DNA of 63,945 nt, the filler included, from a candidate division TA06 bacterium SM23_40 (GTDB lineage: Bacteria > LJUI01 > SM1-40): the NCBI GenBank assembly GCA_001303705.1. It is 5 parts of 5 records of this genome, joined end to end, with 100 filler letters (N's around TTAATTAATTAA, not from the genome) between each part and the next. Parts side by side here need not be neighbours in the genome. Positions count along the whole stretch, not along the records: positions 1 to 25,018 come from LJUI01000031.1; 4 more parts are not named here. The stretch is one strand, 5' to 3'. Shown one piece after another: positions 1 to 9,958 of this stretch (positions within the stretch are counted from its first letter, which is position 1; every line of letters begins with the position of its first letter). The notes below the pieces were generated by a model that was given only the letters and a program-made list of their open reading frames with translations, made no database searches and was not told the origin of the DNA. The position numbers and the translations under genes are program-made.

Positions 1-948
1 GAATTCGAGCGGCCGGTCGTGGAGCTCGAGCGCAAGATCGATGAGTTGCGCTCGCTCGCCCGGGGTGAACGCCTGGAAGTGAGCGACGAGATCGCGCACC
101 TCCAGAGGAAGGCCGAGCGGCTTAAGAGGGAGATATACTCGAACCTGAACCGCTGGCAGCGTGTGCAACTGGCGCGCCATCCGGCGCGGCCGTTCACGCT
201 CGACTTCGTCAAGCACATGACGAGCAGTTTCATCGAGTTGCACGGGGATCGTCTATTCCGCGAGGATAAGGCGATCGTCGGGGGACTGGCGACGATCGAT
301 GGGAAATCGATTGTGCTCGTCGGCCACCAGAAGGGGCGGACCACCAAGGAGAAACTGGAGCGGAACTTCGGTATGCCTCACCCCGAGGGATACCGTAAGG
401 CCCTTCGGTTCATGCAGCTGGCGGCCAAGTTCAGGAAGCCCGTTGTCACTCTGATCGACACACCGGGTGCTTATCCGGGGAAGGGCGCCGAGGAACGTGG
501 GCAGTCAGAGGCCATCGCCCTCAATCTGAGAGAGATGGCCCTGTTGCCCGTTCCGATCATAGTGGTCATAACTGGTGAGGGGGGCAGCGGAGGAGCCCTG
601 GCCATGGGGGTGGGAGATCGGGTGCTGATGCTCGAGCAGGCGATCTATTCGGTGATCTCGCCCGAGGGGTGTGCTTCGATCCTCTGGCGCGACAGCGCCA
701 AGGCACCGCAGGCCGCGGAGGCCCTCAAGCTCACGGCAGAGGATCTGGCAGAATTCGGTGTGATCGACGAGATCGTTCGCGAGCCGGTGGGCGGAGCGCA
801 CCGCGATCCTGAGTTGGCGAGCCGGTACGTGAAAGAGGCGGTGATGCGCCATCTCTCCGAGGTCGAGCCGCTGCCGAGCGAGGAGCTGATCCAGAGGCGG
901 ATCAGCAAGTACGCGAAGATGGGGGAATTCGACGGGGGGAGACCATAG
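1..948 (+). CDS. accA: acetyl-CoA carboxylase carboxyltransferase alpha subunit (5' end cut by window edge)
   Basis: Motifs [67 protein letters not shown]. The frame is open from base 1 ([10 protein letters not shown]..), so the real start lies upstream. Confidence 0.96.
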   Translation, partial: EFERPVVELERKIDELRSLARGERLEVSDEIAHLQRKAERLKREIYSNLNRWQRVQLARHPARPFTLDFVKHMTSSFIELHGDRLFREDKAIVGGLATIDGKSIVLVGHQKGRTTKEKLERNFGMPHPEGYRKALRFMQLAAKFRKPVVTLIDTPGAYPGKGAEERGQSEAIALNLREMALLPVPIIVVITGEGGSGGALAMGVGDRVLMLEQAIYSVISPEGCASILWRDSAKAPQAAEALKLTAEDLAEFGVIDEIVREPVGGAHRDPELASRYVKEAVMRHLSEVEPLPSEELIQRRISKYAKMGEFDGGRP

Positions 949-1051
949 CGAGGTCGATCCGTCCGGATCGATCGAGCCAGGTGCCGAAGGGATCGGCCTG
1001 CGCGGCCATGCCACACGTCTCATGCCTCTCGCCGCAAGAGGAGTTGCCGAG

Positions 1052-1801
1052 ATGGATGACGAGGCGGCCACCTACGAGCTGGAAGGAGATCTCAGACACT
1101 TCGATCTGAGCGATGTGCTGCAGCTCATCGGGTTCGGGCAGAAGGAGGGTGCGCTGCGCATTCAGGGCGAGCGCGGCGAAGGCGTCATCTATTTCGACGA
1201 TGGAACGGCTACCCACGCGGTCGCCGGGGACCTCGTTGGCGATGACGCGATGCTCAGGATCGTTCAGTGGCGCGAAGGTCATTTCTCATTCGATACATCG
1301 GACACGACTGACCAACAGACGGTGCATCTCTCCATTCAACATGTCATTCTGGAGGCTGCTCGCCAAGTCGATGAGTGGCGAAAGATCGAGGCAGTCATTC
1401 CCTCGCTCGATACGGTTGTTGCGTTCATCGATGAACCGAGTGAGGGTGTGGAGAGCATAAAGCTCGAGCCTGACGAGTGGAAAGTGCTCTCGCTCGTCGA
1501 TGGGGTTCGGTCAGTGCGGTCGCTTGCGGAGGGGAGCGCGTTCTCGGAATTCCAGGCATCGCGTATCATCTACCGGCTCCTCACGTCCGGCCTCCTCAGA
1601 ATCGTCCCCGCTCAGGAGGCGGCTGCTCACGTGGGTCCTCCTCGTCCGGCAGCGGAGAGGAAGGAGACCGTTCAGCCGAAAAGTCCGGCGCAGAGGGAGC
1701 CAGAACGGAGAGAGGTTCGCGCCGATCGTGAGCGATCGGGCGCTGTGAAGCGGTTCCTGAGAGGGTTCGGGCGCTCGTCTAAGAACCGGGAGGGAATGTG
1801 A
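1052..1801 (+). CDS. DUF4388 domain-containing protein
   Basis: N-terminal LEGDLRHFDLSDVLQLI..KEGALRI..GVIYFDDG..HA..WREGHFSF..ILEAARQVDEW pattern, followed by a wHTH-like segment. ATG 1052 follows AGAGGAG. Confidence 0.8.
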   Translation: MDDEAATYELEGDLRHFDLSDVLQLIGFGQKEGALRIQGERGEGVIYFDDGTATHAVAGDLVGDDAMLRIVQWREGHFSFDTSDTTDQQTVHLSIQHVILEAARQVDEWRKIEAVIPSLDTVVAFIDEPSEGVESIKLEPDEWKVLSLVDGVRSVRSLAEGSAFSEFQASRIIYRLLTSGLLRIVPAQEAAAHVGPPRPAAERKETVQPKSPAQREPERREVRADRERSGAVKRFLRGFGRSSKNREGM

Positions 1802-2292
1802 AGAAAGGAACCGTGCACGGCAGCCGGGGGAGAGTATCGAGGCGAAAGGGATCGACAACTGAGGACTCCTCGAGGGGCCTGGGGATAGCGGTAGAGGCCG
1901 AGATCAGAGTCAGATACGGCGATACTGACAAGATGGGCGTGGGCTACTACGGCCGCTATCTCGAGTGGTTTGAGGTCGGCCGAACTGAGTTCTTCCGCAG
2001 GCTCGGATTGACCTATGCTGAGCTGGAACGCCGATCGTTTTTTCTTCCTGTTGTCGAGGTCTACTGCAAATATCGAACATCAGTACGGTACGATGATCTG
2101 TTGAGGATACGAACGTCCGTCCTCGAGGTAGGCAAGGCCAGCATAACGTTCGAATACGAGATCGTACGCAATGGCGATACCGTACTGATCGCCACCGGGC
2201 ATACTGTGCACGGTTGTGTGGATGAGTGTGGAAAGCTGGTGCGGCTGCCCGAGGAGGTAAAGACTGCTCTGGCATCATTGAGCGGCTCCTGA
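1798..2292 (+). CDS. acyl-CoA thioesterase, YbgC/FadM (hot-dog fold) family
   Basis: IRVRYGDTDKMGVGYYGRYLEWFEVGRTEFFR motif; start position uncertain. Confidence 0.88.
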   Translation: MKKGTVHGSRGRVSRRKGSTTEDSSRGLGIAVEAEIRVRYGDTDKMGVGYYGRYLEWFEVGRTEFFRRLGLTYAELERRSFFLPVVEVYCKYRTSVRYDDLLRIRTSVLEVGKASITFEYEIVRNGDTVLIATGHTVHGCVDECGKLVRLPEEVKTALASLSGS

Positions 2293-2421
2293 TCGGCCGG
2301 CAGCGGGGCGGCCGGTCCACCGGCCAGCACTGGCTCGTTGCAGGTGAGGTAGCTCTGGGAATCCACGGTCCGGGGGGCCTGCTCGTGGGAGCCCAGAGCT
2401 TAGCACGCGTGAGGGTGATGG

Positions 2422-3159
2422 ATGTCGGGTGTGCTCAACAGGCTCGTACTTTCCGGGGCGGGCTTCGGGACCATCGCCATCGTCCTCTGGATGTTCGTGC
2501 TCTTCAGGGTCGGCAGGGAGCCGGCCCGTTCTCATCGTGGCGGCCCCGGCTCTGTCTTCGGCAGCATCATTCTGCTCCTCGCCGCCCTCGCATCGAGCGT
2601 GGCCAGTTTTGGCGCCTACTGGCTCGCCTCGTCTCTTTCTGGCTATCAGCCGATCGACTCGGCACGACTCGTCGCCATCGTCGAATGTCACCCGAGCATA
2701 GACCCGCACTTCGATATGATGCTCTCCTACACGCCGGTGACCGAAGAGGCCGTGCAGGAGAGACAGACGTTCGGGCTGAAGGGGGATGCGTGGATGGTTG
2801 AGGGGATCGTGCTCGAATGGCACGCGTGGTCCCGCATATTGGGGCTCCGTGCATGCCACCGGACAGTGCGCGTAGCCGGGCAGTACGGGAGCGACTCGCT
2901 GCGAACGAGAGGCGGGAGCATTGCCGATGCTGCTGCGAAACCGGAAACCGGCACGTGGAGTCATGAGCTCGACGAAGAACATACATCCTTCTGGGGCCTG
3001 GTGCGCGACCTCGCGCTCTGGCTGCCGGGAGGTAGTGCTCACCATGTTCGCTCAGCCGCGATCGTCTCCGATTGGAATGCGACGTTCGGGGTCTATGTGA
3101 CGCGGTCAGGATATTCTGTTGCCAGAATCGATGAAGGGTTCATTGCCTGGAGCGCATAA
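2422..3159 (+). CDS. hypothetical membrane protein (two N-terminal TM helices)
   Basis: 245-aa ORF co-oriented with neighbours, with two hydrophobic stretches; no recognised motif. Confidence 0.6.
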   Translation: MSGVLNRLVLSGAGFGTIAIVLWMFVLFRVGREPARSHRGGPGSVFGSIILLLAALASSVASFGAYWLASSLSGYQPIDSARLVAIVECHPSIDPHFDMMLSYTPVTEEAVQERQTFGLKGDAWMVEGIVLEWHAWSRILGLRACHRTVRVAGQYGSDSLRTRGGSIADAAAKPETGTWSHELDEEHTSFWGLVRDLALWLPGGSAHHVRSAAIVSDWNATFGVYVTRSGYSVARIDEGFIAWSA

Positions 3160-3209
3160 GACGCGAGCGCATAACACGATTGTGAGTCACATCAGGGGGT
3201 CGCAGAGAG

Positions 3210-5144
3210 ATGGAGAGGTTGAATCGGGCTGCAGCAGTCGCCTCGTTGTTTGTGCTCGTCGCGGTCTGGGTCGTCGCGTCCGCCTCCCGCCCGGATCTGA
3301 ATCCGACCGCTTCCAGCTCCTCGGGTCCAACGAGCATCACCAATTCGCCGAAGGTGACGGCGCGGGCCGACTTCTATCTAAATTCCCTTGAAGAGGACGA
3401 GCGGGCGAAGCTCTGGGTCTTCTTTACTGATAAGGGAATGGCGGATGAGGAGGAGCGCCGCGCTGCACTGGAGAGGGCCGAGCGCGGGCTGACGGAGCGA
3501 GCCAGGGAGAGGAGACTGCGATCGCGTCCAGCGGAGCGGATCGTTGATGAGTACGACATCCCTGTGTATGGTCCCTATGTCGAGGCGGTGACCGCGGCTG
3601 GTGGTGAGCTGCGCTCCGTGTCGCGGTGGCTCAACGCGGTGAGCGTCACCGTTACGCCCAGAGACGTTGATGCGATTCTGGATCTTTTGTTCGTTAGAGA
3701 GATAGATATCGTGAGGACGTATCGGTGGAGAGAGCCGGCGGTGGAGGCGCTGGAGGTAGGAGAAGGCCGCGAGGGTGTTCCCTCGCAGGTGGCGCCTTCG
3801 CTCCCGATGTACCTCGGGCCAGGCCAGGTCCTTGGACCGCAGACGTTCGACTACGGTCTGTCGAGCCGGCAGATCGAGCAGATCAACGTCGATGGTGCAC
3901 ACGAGGCAGGGTACTTCGGCTCGGGCGTGCTCATCGCCATGCTCGATACCGGGTACGAACGGCGCCACAAGTCGCTCCGCCATCTCGATCAGTATGGGCA
4001 GATCATCGATGAATGGGACTTCATCTACGGAGATGGAGATACGCGCTACAATCCCGACACCGACACCCTGGGGCGCACCCAGACCGACCACGGGACGAGG
4101 ATGCTCTCCCTGATCGCTGGATTCCGCTCCGCCCAGCTCATCGGCCCGGCCTTTGCCGCCGATTATCTGCTGTACGCCACGGAGATACTCGATCCTCCCG
4201 ATCATATCTACGAAGAGGACAACTGGGTGACGGCGTCGGAAAGGGCCGATAGCCTGGGCGCCGATATCATCTCGAGTTCTCTCGGATACCAGGAATTCGA
4301 CGACGGGCCCGATTACACGTTTTCAGACATGGACGGCAACACTGCGCTCACTACTATCGCGGCCGATATCGCAGCGAGCCGGGGGATCCTCGTCGCCAAC
4401 GCCATGGGGAATGTGGGCGGGTTCTCTCAGGACTTCATCAATGCACCTGCAGATGCGGACAGCATCTTGACCGTTGGCGGCGTGAATGTGGACAATACCT
4501 GGCATGATGAAAGCCTGACGGGTCCCACTGCTGATGGCCGCATTAAGCCCGAGGTCGTCGGACCCTATCTGGCGTGGGCGGCTGAGACCGACATATATGT
4601 TTCTTCTTACGAGGATTCTGTCGATGGCACGGCCGGGACATCAGTGGCCACGGCCCTCGTCGCTGGGCTGGCAGCGCTCGTGCTCGAGGCCAATCCAACA
4701 CGCTCGGCTATGGAGCTGCGCGAAGCGATCATGGACAGCGTCGGCGTAGCCGGGAACGACACCATGGGTTACGGGATTCCCGATGCGTGGGCGGCGATGA
4801 ACTACTATGGAGCCGTGCAGGTGCGTGAGGAGGAGGCTCTTCTCGATCTCTACCCCAATCCGTTCCTGCCCGGGGAACATCAGGAACTTATCATTCCCTT
4901 CCGTCTCCTTCACGAGACAGAGATCTCTCTCCGCATCTACAGCATCTCGGGCGAACTGGTGAAGGAGTTCTCCGATGGGGAACTGGGAGGAAGCCGGAAG
5001 CTGGCGGGCGAGTACGTGGAGGACGAGGCACTCCGCTGGGACGGCACGAGCTCATCCGGCAAAACAGTCGCCAGCGGGGTTTATTTCGTCATCCTCTCGA
5101 CCGGTTACGCCGATTCCGTGAAGAGACTCGCCGTCGTGCGTTGA
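3210..5144 (+). CDS. secreted S8 (subtilisin-like) serine peptidase with C-terminal FlgD-Ig/T9SS-type sorting domain
   Basis: Signal peptide; catalytic triad motifs MLDTG, DHGT and GTSVAT; GPTADGRIKPEV; C-terminal YPNPF..IYSISGELV..WDG..ASGVYF..KRLAVVR. Confidence 0.9.
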   Translation: MERLNRAAAVASLFVLVAVWVVASASRPDLNPTASSSSGPTSITNSPKVTARADFYLNSLEEDERAKLWVFFTDKGMADEEERRAALERAERGLTERARERRLRSRPAERIVDEYDIPVYGPYVEAVTAAGGELRSVSRWLNAVSVTVTPRDVDAILDLLFVREIDIVRTYRWREPAVEALEVGEGREGVPSQVAPSLPMYLGPGQVLGPQTFDYGLSSRQIEQINVDGAHEAGYFGSGVLIAMLDTGYERRHKSLRHLDQYGQIIDEWDFIYGDGDTRYNPDTDTLGRTQTDHGTRMLSLIAGFRSAQLIGPAFAADYLLYATEILDPPDHIYEEDNWVTASERADSLGADIISSSLGYQEFDDGPDYTFSDMDGNTALTTIAADIAASRGILVANAMGNVGGFSQDFINAPADADSILTVGGVNVDNTWHDESLTGPTADGRIKPEVVGPYLAWAAETDIYVSSYEDSVDGTAGTSVATALVAGLAALVLEANPTRSAMELREAIMDSVGVAGNDTMGYGIPDAWAAMNYYGAVQVREEEALLDLYPNPFLPGEHQELIIPFRLLHETEISLRIYSISGELVKEFSDGELGGSRKLAGEYVEDEALRWDGTSSSGKTVASGVYFVILSTGYADSVKRLAVVR

Positions 5145-5226
5145 CCCATGTGCGGCGCTGACCCGCGTGCGGCACTGACCCGCGTACGGCACTGACCCAT
5201 GTGCGGCACTGACCCATGTGCGGCAC
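5142..5226. repeat. 17-bp tandem repeat, 5 copies (TGACCCRYGTRCGGCRC)
   Basis: Units start at 5142, 5159, 5176, 5193 and 5210; the first begins at the protease stop codon. Confidence 0.9.
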
Positions 5227-5259
5227 TGAGTGGCGCGCAGCGCTGAGTCGCGACGAACG

Positions 5260-5347
5260 TTGAATCCTGCGCCGACGGACACTGAGTTGTACGTCGACTG
5301 GCGTTGAATCCTGCGCCGACCGACACTGAGTTGTACGCCGACTGACG
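5260..5347. repeat. 44-bp tandem duplication (TTGAATCCTGCGCCGAC..CACTGAGTTGTACG..)
   Basis: Two near-identical units at 5260-5303 and 5304-5347. Confidence 0.85.
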
Positions 5348-5404
5348 GCGAGTCCTGCGCAGAGCAGGGCTGGACCGCGCGCAACATAGCCCTGGAGGTG
5401 CGTC

Positions 5405-5941
5405 ATGAAACAACTCCCGGGAATTACGATCTTCGGGGTCGTCTGCATCGTTCTCGGGGCGCTCGGGATCCTCTTCGCTCCGTTAATCTTGTCTGGACTG
5501 TACGGGGGACCCTTCTTCGTGCGGGGTCATTTCCCTCACCTGCATCGCATCTTCTCGGCCTGGCCCATGGCGGGCGGATACCTGCTCTCTACGAACGTGG
5601 TCGGGACACTGGGGTCGCTTGCCCTCCTCATATCCGGCATCGGCCTCCTCGCCCGTGCCGGCTGGGGCCGCATCCTCTTCTTCATAGTCGCTGTCATGAA
5701 GATCGCACTGGTGACCTTCAGCCTTCCACCGAACATTGTGCTGATGCGGAAGATGTACGAACCGCTGGGGAGTCCGGCCGTTATGTTGGGCACGATCGGC
5801 GGGATTGCGTACCAGCTCCTGAGGTGGATCGCAGTCGTGGTCTTCTTCGGCGTGGGCCTGTGGTACTTCAGCCGGTCGGTTGTTCGCGAGGCGTTTGAGA
5901 GCCGCGCTCTTCCCAGTGTTGGAAGTGCCCCTCCTGGATAG
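5405..5941 (+). CDS. hypothetical integral membrane protein (about 4 TM helices)
   Basis: GGAGG upstream of the ATG; hydrophobic helices throughout. Confidence 0.7.
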   Translation: MKQLPGITIFGVVCIVLGALGILFAPLILSGLYGGPFFVRGHFPHLHRIFSAWPMAGGYLLSTNVVGTLGSLALLISGIGLLARAGWGRILFFIVAVMKIALVTFSLPPNIVLMRKMYEPLGSPAVMLGTIGGIAYQLLRWIAVVVFFGVGLWYFSRSVVREAFESRALPSVGSAPPG

Positions 5942-5959
5942 CGTACCGGGACAAATCGC

Positions 5960-5989
5960 TTGACACGGCGGCTCCGCGGTTGTTATATT
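5960..5989 (+). promoter_or_regulatory. putative sigma-70 promoter for tRNA-Asn
   Basis: TTGACA(5960)-18 nt-TATATT(5984) with an extended TG, about 100 nt upstream of the tRNA. Confidence 0.6.
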
Positions 5990-6090
5990 CCACGTGCGCC
6001 TCGGGAGCGGGCGAGGGCAGCAGGTTCGCCGCTCCTTTCATTCTGCGCCTCATTCGACACAAGATAGCGCAACAACAATACAGATCGCGC

Positions 6091-6166
6091 TCCTCGGTAG
6101 CTCAATCGGCAGAGCGGGTGGCTGTTAACCACTAGGTTGCAGGTTCGAGTCCTGCCCGAGGAGCCA
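6091..6166 (+). tRNA. tRNA-Asn (GTT)
   Basis: Full cloverleaf: acceptor TCCTCGG/CCGAGGA, D arm GCTC/GAGC, anticodon arm GGTGG-CTGTTAA-CCACT, T arm GCAGG-TTCGAGT-CCTGC, encoded CCA. Confidence 0.97.
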
Positions 6167-8445
6167 GCGTTTGGCATAATCGGAGGTAGGCCGTTTCGGA
6201 CGAGCGGTTCTACCTCGTTCTGTTGGTAGGACGGTTGATCTTCGGCATGGTGTCGCCAGGCGAATGTCTAGCGATGTGGGACTGATGCGTTGATTGACGG
6301 TCGACTCGTGGGTAGAGAAGGCGATTTCCGGCATCCGGAGGCCAGAGAGCATGTGGCGACGATTTGGAAGGTCTTGTTGAATGGTCTGGACAACTCCATA
6401 CAGGTCGTGTACTCTTGCGGTGACGGAGGAGCGAGGACTTCTTCACTCATGGGTGGTCCTGATTGATAGGATGGCGAAGTTTGCTCCTGCATGTCGAGGT
6501 CGCCGAGCGCGCCGAGATGAGAGTACATCGTTGTGATGCTCTGGTCGGACGCAATCAGGATACGCAACAGAGGGAGGAGAAAGATGAGAACGATGACCGT
6601 TCTGCTTGCATTGCTGATTCCGCTCACCGCGGGTGCGCAGATCACGTTCGAGCGCACTTACGGCGGCACCTCGGGAGATGAGGGCTATTCGGTCCAGCAG
6701 ACGAGTGATGGAGGATATATCGTCGCGGGATGGACCGGGTTGTACGGTACGGGCTGGGACGACGCAATTCTGATCAAGACAGACGAGGCCGGCGACACGA
6801 TGTGGGTGCGCCCCTATGGTGGGCCCGACGGCGAGCTAGGCTATTCGGTTGATCAGACGGGCGACGGGGGGTATATCATTGCGGGATGGACAAGTTCGTT
6901 CGGTGCTGGGGCGCGTGATGTGTATCTCATCAAGACAGATGGCGTGGGGAACGCGGTCTGGGTGCGCACCTATGGCGCGCAGGAGCATGAAGAGGGCCAT
7001 TCTGTCGAGCAGACGTTGGACGGAGGGTATGTAGTTGCAGGATACACGCATTCGTTCGGGGCTGGCAACAACGACGTGTATCTCATTAAGACTGACAGCG
7101 GGGGGGATACGATGTGGGCGTGCACGTATGGCGGGTCCCTCGAAGACGAGGGCCATTCTGTCGAGCAGACGATGGATGGCGGGTACATCGTCGCGGGGCA
7201 TACGCATTCGTTCGGTTCTGGCCTTGACGACGTCTATTTGATCAAGACGGACGATCAGGGGGACACGGTCTGGACGCGGACGTACGGCGGTCCAGAACAT
7301 GATGTAGGATATTCTGTTGAACAGACGAGCGATGGGGGGTATGTGATCGCGGGCTATACATATTCGTTCGGTTCTGGCCAGGCCGACGTCTATCTGATCA
7401 AGACTGACGGTGCGGGGGACACGGTCTGGACACGGACGTACGGCGGGTCTGGTTGGGAAACAGGCTCATCGGTTGCGGAGACGGATGGTGGGGGGTATGT
7501 CATCGTAGGGAGGACGAACTCGTTCGGTGAAGGCGGCGAGCTGTACCTGATCAGGACTGACGGTGCGGGGGACACGGTCTGGACGCGCACGTACGGCGAC
7601 AGTCTATATGAGGCGGGCTACGCAGTCGAGCAGACGAGCGACGGGGGATATGTCATCTCAGGAGAGGCCACCTCGTTCGGCACTGGTGAGAGCGACGTGT
7701 ACCTTATCAAGACAGATGCCGATGGGTTGGTCCAGGTCAGTGAAGATCATGGTGAGATCCCTCGTCCGGAGTGCCAGTACTTGGCCCAGAACTATCCCAA
7801 CCCGTTCCGGACGAGGACAGCGATTACGTATGCGCTGCCTGATCAGCAGCCGGTCACGTTGGCGATTTACGACGTTCGGGGGGCGCTGGTGCGGGAGTTG
7901 GCTTCCGGAGCGGTCTCGGCTGGTAGTCACCGAGTGACGTGGGATGGGCGGGACGAGCGAGGGCTTGAGGCGGCGAGTGGGGTCTACTTCTGTCATCTGG
8001 AGACCCGCCATCAGTGTGAGACAAGGCGCATGGTCCTGCTACGATAGTATCATATGACCCTGTGAGGCAGCAGATTGAGGCTTTTGCGGCAGTTTCATCA
8101 TGACTTCCGTGAGAAACGGTCCACTTTTGACATTGAGCTAACACGCCACATATCTCCCATGGGGTCAAATGATACGAACATACGTAGCATCAAGAGTCCG
8201 GCATCTTTCGTTCCGCGGGGACGCTGAGAGGGGTGATGCTGCGTATTCTCGGTCTTGAAGATCACAGACTTACCTTGGTAGAGGATGCCGATACCCAGGT
8301 GAGCGGCTCGCCATGGAGTTGCTGGGGAGTGGAGGTCGATAGGGCAGTGTCAGCGGGTGACGAGGGCAATCCTGGTATGTCCCCTGGCGACCCGTTTCAT
8401 TTCAACTCTTGACTGATCCCACAAAAGTACGCTCTGGGACACCAA
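6155..8445. mobile_element. integrase-free cassette 1 (2291 bp) at the tRNA-Asn 3' end
   Basis: Starts at core CCCGAGGAGCCAG (6155-6167) plus arm A, and ends with arm B plus core copy CCCGGGGAGCCAG (8446-8458). Carries one secreted beta-propeller gene. Confidence 0.65.
6584..8047 (+). CDS. secreted repeat protein (7 repeats of about 50 aa, probable beta-propeller) with FlgD-Ig/T9SS-type C-terminal domain
   Basis: Signal peptide after GGAGGAG; seven TYGG..G.SV.QT.DGGY..AG.T.SFG.G..DVYLIKTD..GDT.W repeats; C-terminal QNYPNPF..WDGRDERG..ASGVYF..RRMVLLR. Confidence 0.88.
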   Translation: MRTMTVLLALLIPLTAGAQITFERTYGGTSGDEGYSVQQTSDGGYIVAGWTGLYGTGWDDAILIKTDEAGDTMWVRPYGGPDGELGYSVDQTGDGGYIIAGWTSSFGAGARDVYLIKTDGVGNAVWVRTYGAQEHEEGHSVEQTLDGGYVVAGYTHSFGAGNNDVYLIKTDSGGDTMWACTYGGSLEDEGHSVEQTMDGGYIVAGHTHSFGSGLDDVYLIKTDDQGDTVWTRTYGGPEHDVGYSVEQTSDGGYVIAGYTYSFGSGQADVYLIKTDGAGDTVWTRTYGGSGWETGSSVAETDGGGYVIVGRTNSFGEGGELYLIRTDGAGDTVWTRTYGDSLYEAGYAVEQTSDGGYVISGEATSFGTGESDVYLIKTDADGLVQVSEDHGEIPRPECQYLAQNYPNPFRTRTAITYALPDQQPVTLAIYDVRGALVRELASGAVSAGSHRVTWDGRDERGLEAASGVYFCHLETRHQCETRRMVLLR

Positions 8446-8692
8446 CCCGGGGAGCCAGCGGTGGGCATAATCGGAGGTAGACCGTCTCGGATGAGCGGTC
8501 CTATCTCGTTCTATTTGTGGGGTGGTTGATCTCCGGCACGGTGTCGACAGCCCGTATCAGGTGGTGTTGGACAGGCGCGATGGGGGATAGCTGCAGGTGA
8601 GTGAGTGAGGCTCTCCGGGAGGTCGATCAGGGCTTGGTTGCGAATCTCGTGGCTGTCGAGCTGCCAGCGGCACTCGATGGTCTTTCATGTTG

Positions 8693-9892
8693 TCAAAGTG
8701 TAAGCCACGAGTACACGAGCACCCCAGAACGCTTGAAAGACCGGTCACCGCCGTAGATGAGGGTGGCGCGAGTAGTTTCGTCTCCTGAGACTTTCCGCCA
8801 GTAGGTAAGGTTGTCGAAGAAGTCGGACGCCACTGTCTGGGCGGATTTGGTTTCTACCGGTATCAACTTGCTGCCCATTTCGATAATAACATTCACCTCG
8901 TGCCCTGCCGCATCGCGCCAGAAATAGAGGGGCGGCTGCTCTCCCCGGTGTGAGAAGTTCTTGTAGAGTTCAGAAACCACGAAACTCTCAAAGATTGCTC
9001 CCCGCTCGGCGCGGTGGTAAAGCTCCTCCGGGGATTGAACCTGGAGCAGGTAGCACAAAAGCCCCGTATCCAGGAAGTAGAGCTTAGGACTCTTTGTCAG
9101 CCGCTTGCCGAAGTTCCGGTGATGGGGCCGGAGTAGCGTGATGATGAAGCTGGCTTCGAGTACAGATAACCATCGCTTGGCAGTAGTGTGTGAAATGCCG
9201 CAGTCGGTGGCCAACCCTGAGAGGTTGAGCAGTTGTCCGCAGCGGCCGGCACAAAGCCGTACAAACCTGCCGAACGCCTCGATATTGCCGACGTTCAGGA
9301 CGTTCCGCACGTCCCGCTCGAGGTAGGTCTGGTAATAACTGGCCAGCCAGTCACGCGGGGAAAGGTGCTTATCGTGTATCCGTGGGTAGAAACCCGTGAA
9401 TACGGTATCCATTAAACCGGCTTTGGGCTGCTTGAGGTTCCTGGGCACAGTCTTGCCCAGGGTCTCGAGTGATATGGGCTTTCGGCCCTCGATCTCGGCC
9501 AGTGAGAACGGCAGCAGATGGAGCACCGCGCACCTGCCGGCAAGGGACTGCGAGATGTTCTGGAGAAGCAAGAAGTTCTGTGAACCCGTCAGGATGAACC
9601 TGCCCGTCCAGTCCCGATGCTCGTCAACGAGAACCTGGATATACGAGAACAGATCTGGTGCCCGTTGCACTTCGTCCAAGATGACCGGCCCATCGACCTG
9701 GCTGAGGAAGCCGCGCGGATCTTCCAGGGCGAACTGCCGCTGATCCGGTAGCTCAAGGGACAGGTAGTCGTAGTCCTTGAAAACGGCCTGGACCAGCGTG
9801 GTCTTGCCGGACTGTCGCGGCCCGGTGACTGTTGCCACCGGGAACTGCCTTGCGGCTTCTTTCAGTTTCTTGGCCAGGATTCGTTCTATCAT
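8693..9892 (-). CDS. ATP-binding protein, AAA_14 + DUF4143 family
   Basis: Walker A TGPRQSGKTT, Walker B ILDEVQRAP, ILTGSQ, SLAGR, YLERDV, KSPKLYFLDTGL, FESFVVSEL and YFWRD..GHEV. Confidence 0.92.
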   Translation of the reverse strand: MIERILAKKLKEAARQFPVATVTGPRQSGKTTLVQAVFKDYDYLSLELPDQRQFALEDPRGFLSQVDGPVILDEVQRAPDLFSYIQVLVDEHRDWTGRFILTGSQNFLLLQNISQSLAGRCAVLHLLPFSLAEIEGRKPISLETLGKTVPRNLKQPKAGLMDTVFTGFYPRIHDKHLSPRDWLASYYQTYLERDVRNVLNVGNIEAFGRFVRLCAGRCGQLLNLSGLATDCGISHTTAKRWLSVLEASFIITLLRPHHRNFGKRLTKSPKLYFLDTGLLCYLLQVQSPEELYHRAERGAIFESFVVSELYKNFSHRGEQPPLYFWRDAAGHEVNVIIEMGSKLIPVETKSAQTVASDFFDNLTYWRKVSGDETTRATLIYGGDRSFKRSGVLVYSWLTL

Positions 9893-9913
9893 GCCTGCCT
9901 CCATCCAGATAGT

Positions 9914-9958
9914 TGAATATTCAATATTCACTTTACACGACCAGTGCCCGTCTGTCAA
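9914..9958 (-). promoter_or_regulatory. putative sigma-70 promoter with palindromic operator for the ATPase gene
   Basis: Minus strand TTGACA-17 nt-TAAAGT, then a perfect inverted repeat TGAATATT-C-AATATTCA (9914-9930) over the likely start site. Confidence 0.55.

Noticed and set aside
5142-5362. Possible CRISPR array
   Set aside because: Repeats are contiguous with no unique spacers, and there are no cas genes in the window.
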